Source of the DNA: a virus
Lineage: Duplodnaviria; Caudoviricetes
DNA length: 41,321 nt
Virus record (IMG/VR): IMGVR_UViG_3300009149_000092
Location: 1 to 41,321 of that record
Direction: 5' to 3' (one strand)
Made by a program: the position numbers and the translations under genes. Below the pieces are notes generated by a model. The model searched no databases, was not told where the DNA came from, and saw only the letters and a list, made by a program, of their open reading frames with translations. Position 1 is the stretch's first letter, and each line of letters opens with the position of its first letter. This document shows, piece by piece, positions 36,482 to 41,321 of the stretch.

Positions 36482-37143
36482 AAAATAATATTAGAATACG
36501 ATTACGTGAAGGTCTTAATGAGTATAGCGAATATGATGACGACCTAGATAATTTTGACGACCTAGATAATTTTGACGACCTAGATATGGAAGACGAGCCA
36601 GCGGCTCCTGTCAAAAAAATGAGTGGAGTGGTTAAAGCTTTTCATGGTTCTCCAAGTAAGATTAAAAGCTTCAGTGATGAGTTTGTCGGTGGTGAGGAGG
36701 CCAATGACCAAGAGGGTCCTGGAATCTACTTCACCACTGATTATAATGATGCTACTGGTTACGGAAAAGGTGGGTATGTTTACCAAGTATCTTTGAATAT
36801 TAAGAATTTAGTTTCTGACCAACCATCAGGTAGTCTGGATTATTTGGTTGGCCCAGTGACTAAACTAATCAAAATGAACCCTAATTGGAAGAGTGTTGCC
36901 AAAGGTTACGATGAGGGACTAGGTGAAATGATAGCCCAATATTTACATACATCACAAAGCGAAAAAGAAGTATTCGTAGCCGTATGTAATAGTATATATA
37001 CTAACGATTCGGTATCATTCGTTAGGAATATGGTTAAGTTGGGGTATGATGGTCTTCATCTGCCAATGAAAGGTGACGGTGCTAACATCGTAATTTACAA
37101 TCCGAAACTAATACGTGTTGACGGTGTGAAGCAAATTAAATAG
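36478..37143 (+). CDS. ADP-ribosyltransferase-fold-like protein (polyvalent-protein type)
   Basis: AFHGS...GPGIYFT...A..Y...VY.V.L...LGYDG...IVIYNP pattern; recalled similarity, not searched. Confidence 0.6.
   Translation: MKNNIRIRLREGLNEYSEYDDDLDNFDDLDNFDDLDMEDEPAAPVKKMSGVVKAFHGSPSKIKSFSDEFVGGEEANDQEGPGIYFTTDYNDATGYGKGGYVYQVSLNIKNLVSDQPSGSLDYLVGPVTKLIKMNPNWKSVAKGYDEGLGEMIAQYLHTSQSEKEVFVAVCNSIYTNDSVSFVRNMVKLGYDGLHLPMKGDGANIVIYNPKLIRVDGVKQIK
36538..36585 (+). repeat. 18-bp coding tandem repeat (DDLDNF x2.7)
   Basis: GACGACCTAGATAATTTT twice plus GACGACCTAGAT. Confidence 0.9.
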
Positions 37144-38110
37144 TAATACTATTAAGTCTACTCTCACTAGGTACTACAGTGAAGTTCTTAATCAATTCGT
37201 GAATACCTTTATGTCGATACTTCTGATAGATTTCAGATGGGTCACTGTCATTAGGTGGAGTACACAACTTAATCCTACCCTCTAAATCACCAACATTCAA
37301 TTTCTTAAAGTTCCTGATAGCATCTACTCTAGCGTCAGCATCTAATAATATCACAATGTCTGCATTGGTCCCGTATAGGAATTCCATTAGAGTGTCTGAT
37401 ATTATCTTACCCAACAATGGAATTGAATTGGGCACTGGCATATGGTCAAATACCCCTTCGACTAAATATATTGTTGAATCGAGACTTATCTTCTGTTCGT
37501 TGAAAATGATTAGTTGCTTTTCCGCGTCTGGGTTCTTGTAAGCTGGGAAGATATTCTTTAGAAATGACCTAGCTATGAAGTAATTAAGGACTCCACTAGC
37601 ATCATATGATGGGATTATGATACGACCAAAGAATTTACCCTCCATGGTGTACCCAATATCGTAGTAGTCTATCATTTTATCGTCAAGACCCCTCTTTTTG
37701 AGGTACGAGACCGCCTCATCCTTGCCTCTGTAACCGTCTACGGTGTCCGTTAAGCGTTTATACCCTTTCGGTAGCTTAAGTTCGACCTGTAGAATCTTAT
37801 CTACGTCCTCATCATGAGAATACCCGAAATCGGGCTTGATTTGGTTGTAATTGTGGAGTAAATCTTTGGTTCCGTATCGGAAAATCAGCGTACCAATGGG
37901 TCCATGCATGTGATTTTCATCACTACAAGACCAACATTTGAATACCCCTCGCTTGTAATTTATTTCTAGATTCCCCTTACCATCACCATTGGATAACCCC
38001 TTGGACTCTGCACAGGCAGGGCAATCGAAAGCTATTTGACCACTACTCTCGTTATGCTTCTTAGGATGGCCTAGGAAGGATTCTAATATGTCGGGAATGA
38101 AAACAGACAT
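37136..38110 (-). CDS. DnaG-like DNA primase
   Basis: Zn finger CPAC...CWSC, YLKKRG, RIIIP, YFIARS, YKNP, TOPRIM EGVFD and DAD; start re-called after TATCTTCG. Confidence 0.9.
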   Translation of the reverse strand: MSVFIPDILESFLGHPKKHNESSGQIAFDCPACAESKGLSNGDGKGNLEINYKRGVFKCWSCSDENHMHGPIGTLIFRYGTKDLLHNYNQIKPDFGYSHDEDVDKILQVELKLPKGYKRLTDTVDGYRGKDEAVSYLKKRGLDDKMIDYYDIGYTMEGKFFGRIIIPSYDASGVLNYFIARSFLKNIFPAYKNPDAEKQLIIFNEQKISLDSTIYLVEGVFDHMPVPNSIPLLGKIISDTLMEFLYGTNADIVILLDADARVDAIRNFKKLNVGDLEGRIKLCTPPNDSDPSEIYQKYRHKGIHELIKNFTVVPSESRLNSITI

Positions 38111-38165
38111 AATGCGAAGATACACATTATGTCTGACAATTTCAAGCCGAACACAAAAGAGGAGG

Positions 38166-38225
38166 TTAATTCCACCTACCACTTTGCCGTAGAGCACCTA
38201 CCACGCATGTATACGCATCGGTCAT
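38166..38225 (-). pseudogene. orphan duplicate C-terminus of the RuvC-like gene
   Basis: MTDAYTCVVGALRQSGRWN* vs MTDSYCAVIGYMNQVGRWPK*. Confidence 0.85.
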
Positions 38226-38278
38226 GAATATTGTCGCATCATAGGCGTCCTTTCTCAGGTTTAGACATATTTATTAAT

Positions 38279-39073
38279 ATGAGGGATAAAATAGTTAGAC
38301 AATTAGGAAAGACACCAGTAGTAGGTATTTATATGGTTACCAATATAGTGAATTCAAAAATATATATCGGACAATCAATAGATATTGATAGGAGGTGGAA
38401 CCAACATAGGTATGGTAAAGGTAGTATAATATTACGAAATGCCATTAACAAGTATGGTATAGAAAATTTTAAATTTGAGGTGGTTGAAGAGGTGGAGGTT
38501 GAGGGTTTATCTAATGGAGAGACTAAAGAACTATTAACATCGGTAGAACAAAAATGGTTAGATGATGAAAAACCATACCTAAAAGAGAATGGATATAATC
38601 AACAATCTGTCGCCAAACCAAACATACCTATTAAAAGACCAGAAGGTTATGGTAAACTAATCAGCAAAATAAAGATAGATAATAACCATTGCGGTAAAGG
38701 AGTTATCCAATATAACCTAGATGGTGGACTAATAAAAGAGTGGAAGTCTGCTGCCCAGATAGAGCGTGTATTAGGGTATCATGCTGAAAACATATCTGGA
38801 TGTTGTCTTAAAAAACAGAAATCCTCAAATGGGTTTATTTGGAGATTTAAAGGCGAACCGTTAGATAATACTCAATTAAATGAGTTAATAGTGAGAAAAA
38901 AACCAATACATAAACAGATTAAACAAATCGATTCTAATGGTGTGGTGGTTAACGTTTGGTATTCATTAAAACAGTTGGTTGATACTAGCGAATTCGATAA
39001 TAGACCCGTAAAAGCGTGTTGTAACAGTAAACGAGACGAATATAAAGGTTATAGGTGGGAGTGGGCTACTTAG
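38279..39073 (+). CDS. GIY-YIG homing endonuclease with two NUMOD1-like domains
   Basis: GIYMVTN...IYIGQS...RRWNQH, GYN; start re-called after TATTTAT at 38268. Confidence 0.92.
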   Translation: MRDKIVRQLGKTPVVGIYMVTNIVNSKIYIGQSIDIDRRWNQHRYGKGSIILRNAINKYGIENFKFEVVEEVEVEGLSNGETKELLTSVEQKWLDDEKPYLKENGYNQQSVAKPNIPIKRPEGYGKLISKIKIDNNHCGKGVIQYNLDGGLIKEWKSAAQIERVLGYHAENISGCCLKKQKSSNGFIWRFKGEPLDNTQLNELIVRKKPIHKQIKQIDSNGVVVNVWYSLKQLVDTSEFDNRPVKACCNSKRDEYKGYRWEWAT

Positions 39074-39722
39074 GCCATCTGCCGACTTGGTTCATATAAC
39101 CTATGACGGCACAGTAACTATCCGTCATATCGTAGTTTTCTTTCTTCAGTATCATTTTTGGCGTATATAACCACTTGATTAGTGGTTCTACATCTGCTAC
39201 CTTATTCCAGATAACATCCTTCTTATCAATATCATACGGAAGTCCTCCGAATAATACAGCCTTCTTCTTTTCTATCTGCTTGTCAGTAAATGCAACACCG
39301 TCTTTCTTATGTGTTCTCTTAGCCATTAGCTCTGGGAATCCGAAGGCTCTAGCATCATATGATGAAATGAATTGTGGTGCTACTCCTAACGTTTCGTATA
39401 CTGACCTACAAATCATTCCATTGAATCGTAGTAGTGTCGCCACCGTATACACGTTATTAGAGCGCAATAGTGGTTCCTCGATAATAACATCTGTTATCCC
39501 GATATCCGCATACTTGTTTAAGAATTCAGTTTCGAATATCTTTGCCTTATCACACAGCTCCTGAATTTTATCCTTTGGCGCTGGCTTGATTTTAGGACTA
39601 ACATGGTGTAACAGTTTTAACTGACCCTTATCACCTAAGTCCTCGAATAGCGCTATTCCAATGGTTTTCGTGCTAACGTCCAATCCGAGCAAATAATTTT
39701 TCTTATCTTTATTTTTTTTCAT
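39066..39722 (-). CDS. ruvC: RuvC-like Holliday junction resolvase
   Basis: LLGLDVSTKTIG, VIIEEP, LLRFNG, YDMTDSY catalytic acidic residues. Confidence 0.82.
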   Translation of the reverse strand: MKKNKDKKNYLLGLDVSTKTIGIALFEDLGDKGQLKLLHHVSPKIKPAPKDKIQELCDKAKIFETEFLNKYADIGITDVIIEEPLLRSNNVYTVATLLRFNGMICRSVYETLGVAPQFISSYDARAFGFPELMAKRTHKKDGVAFTDKQIEKKKAVLFGGLPYDIDKKDVIWNKVADVEPLIKWLYTPKMILKKENYDMTDSYCAVIGYMNQVGRWPK

Positions 39723-40506
39723 AATCACATTTTTTTTTCCATTTAAACCCAGCGGCAGTTTTTTGTTTACCGTTCGTACAGTTTGATATACCACTTTTAA
39801 TGTTTACACCTTCCTGTGCCACTTTTATAGATTCCCATTCTTTAATAAATTTACCATCTTTTGTTAGTTGTATAACTGGTACAGCAAAAGTATCCGATAA
39901 CAGTTTTTTGGTCTTTTCACTATGGTGTTTACCATACATAGGGTGGGCTTCCCCACTGTAAACTCCAATATGTGCCTCACTCATTTTCCCCCTTATTATC
40001 ATCGCAACCTTCTCACCATAGATATCTTCATAAGTTTTACCCTTCTTTTCGGACACCCTACCCTTACATGATTTACTCAAATTATCTCTATGCTCTTGAG
40101 ACCTAACTTCACCGTTATTCAACCAAGGAATAGCTTTACCATTTTTTGTTTCAGACATTCTTCGTTTAGATTCTTCAGTATGTTTCCTACCTTTGGTTGA
40201 GGGTGGTTGGTCACCGCCATCTGTACTGTTAGTTAATCTAACACCTAATCCCCTATAATACGCAATATAATGCTGTTCCCAATACTGCCATTCTTCTTTT
40301 AAAACTTCATCAATAATTATAAGCTCTGGTCTAGATTCAGAATCAACCATCTTTCTAATCCACCTATCTTTATAACTATCATGTTTAAATCTCTCTGAAA
40401 TATGTTTCCGTAACCTAACTTTAGGGTCTTTACTTTTACCCACATACCTTAATTCTTTTGTGGTTGGTTCCACCAACCCATAAATATAAACTATCTCTTT
40501 ATCCAT
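39709..40506 (-). CDS. GIY-YIG homing endonuclease (paralog of 6702..7394)
   Basis: YIYGLVEP...YVGKS...RLRKH, EQHYI, LTNSTDGGD, HPMYGKHHS, TAAGFKW. Confidence 0.9.
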   Translation of the reverse strand: MDKEIVYIYGLVEPTTKELRYVGKSKDPKVRLRKHISERFKHDSYKDRWIRKMVDSESRPELIIIDEVLKEEWQYWEQHYIAYYRGLGVRLTNSTDGGDQPPSTKGRKHTEESKRRMSETKNGKAIPWLNNGEVRSQEHRDNLSKSCKGRVSEKKGKTYEDIYGEKVAMIIRGKMSEAHIGVYSGEAHPMYGKHHSEKTKKLLSDTFAVPVIQLTKDGKFIKEWESIKVAQEGVNIKSGISNCTNGKQKTAAGFKWKKKCDYEKK

Positions 40507-40530
40507 AATATTTTCAATATAAATATATCG

Positions 40531-40590
40531 TCAGCGTGAAAAAGTCTTTGTAGAGACATCTAGCCCCAATACCTTTTTACTTTGTTCCAT
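40531..40590 (-). pseudogene. orphan duplicate N-terminus of the RuvC-like gene
   Basis: MEQSKKVLGLDVSTKT(FSR*) vs MKKNKDKKNYLLGLDVSTKTIG; preceded by a TTGAC...TATATTGG promoter. Confidence 0.92.
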
Positions 40591-40647
40591 TATAAGTGAA
40601 TTATAATGTCCAATATACGAAAGATTAAATAAATGTCAAGTGTTAAC

Positions 40648-41321
40648 TTATACGTTGATTCTAACCGCGAAGACTTTCAGCTCATTAGGCGTCTTTGTAA
40701 TATGTGCATCCGTCTTACCGTACGCAATCAACGTACCGTTGTTGTCGTATAAACCAATTTCAGATATGCGTGGAGTATCACCATCTGAGAATGTTGAGTT
40801 TGCAGACCTAACAAACTCACCTCTACCTGCAAGGCAGATAACTTCTTGACTTACCGAAGTACTAACACTGTTATATACTACAGTTGAGGCTGTTTGGCTT
40901 ACTATCACAATGTCATCAACAATTGTTGGGTCTGTGATAATTGCTATTCCTTTATCTAGATATACTACCCCTACTGCGGTATCCGCTGTTTGGTTAATAT
41001 TAGTATTGGTCTGTAAGTTGAATCTCTCCTTTTTGTTTGCCGTAAATGGCTTTGTGGTATCAAATCCTGTACTCCAAGACTTAGACGCATCTCCATTTGG
41101 TCGATTTATCTGGTCAGAGAATAGGAACGCATAATTGGTCCCGAATGACGTAGTTTGGGTAGAGGTTTCTCCGTATCTACCGTCTTCTGCGCCAACGTTA
41201 CCTTGTTTCTTTTGGAATGTACTATAAATGTTGTATGTTCCACCAGTGGTACCAGTCAAAGTAATACTAACTGCTTTACCGTCTAACATGTCACCATATT
41301 CAGCTTCTGGAATTGATATTG
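40648..41321 (-). CDS. virion structural protein (tail/baseplate type), 5' end outside the window
   Basis: T/S/N/G-rich, C-terminal ISEIGLYDNNGTLIAYGK motif; frame appears open to the window edge. Confidence 0.65.
   Translation of the reverse strand, partial: ISIPEAEYGDMLDGKAVSITLTGTTGGTYNIYSTFQKKQGNVGAEDGRYGETSTQTTSFGTNYAFLFSDQINRPNGDASKSWSTGFDTTKPFTANKKERFNLQTNTNINQTADTAVGVVYLDKGIAIITDPTIVDDIVIVSQTASTVVYNSVSTSVSQEVICLAGRGEFVRSANSTFSDGDTPRISEIGLYDNNGTLIAYGKTDAHITKTPNELKVFAVRINV

Noticed and set aside
36538-36585. Tandem repeats here and at 12844-12879 as a CRISPR array
   Set aside because: No spacers; they are in-frame low-complexity coding repeats.
4032-40590. Diversity-generating retroelement (TR/VR) explanation for the duplicated gene ends
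   Set aside because: Differences are not confined to adenines, the copies are highly diverged with many synonymous changes, N-termini are also affected, and no reverse transcriptase is in the window.

Overview
AT-rich, mostly minus-strand segment of a large lytic tailed phage genome. The likely host is a Bacteroidetes/Flavobacteriia, inferred from repeated TAnnTTTG promoters and a Bacteroidetes-type sigma-70. Core genes are ClpP, DnaJ, a TROVE-like/vWA (DUF2828-type) protein, a NUDIX hydrolase, two amidases, an ArdC-like virion-type protein, a sigma factor, SbcC/SbcD (gp46/gp47-like), a PD-(D/E)XK exonuclease, a DnaG-like primase, a RuvC-like resolvase and a tail/baseplate protein. The window holds about 15 homing-endonuclease genes or relics. 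Main unannotated signal: eight times, an endonuclease cassette sits next to a gene whose N- or C-terminus exists twice, once in the intact gene and once as an orphan diverged copy on the far side of the endonuclease. This looks like elements that invade coding ends and bring a replacement terminus; RuvC shows it at both ends. Three cassettes also carry a small, unannotated ribbon-helix-helix gene next to the nuclease. Three genes are fractured around a free-standing nuclease: sbcC through an atypically split intein (29-aa IntN, 125-aa IntC, in the Walker A motif), and sbcD and DUF2828 with no intein or intron. The exonuclease carries a class-3-type (WCT, Gly1) LAGLIDADG intein. All calls come from manual reading and motif recall; no database searches were run.
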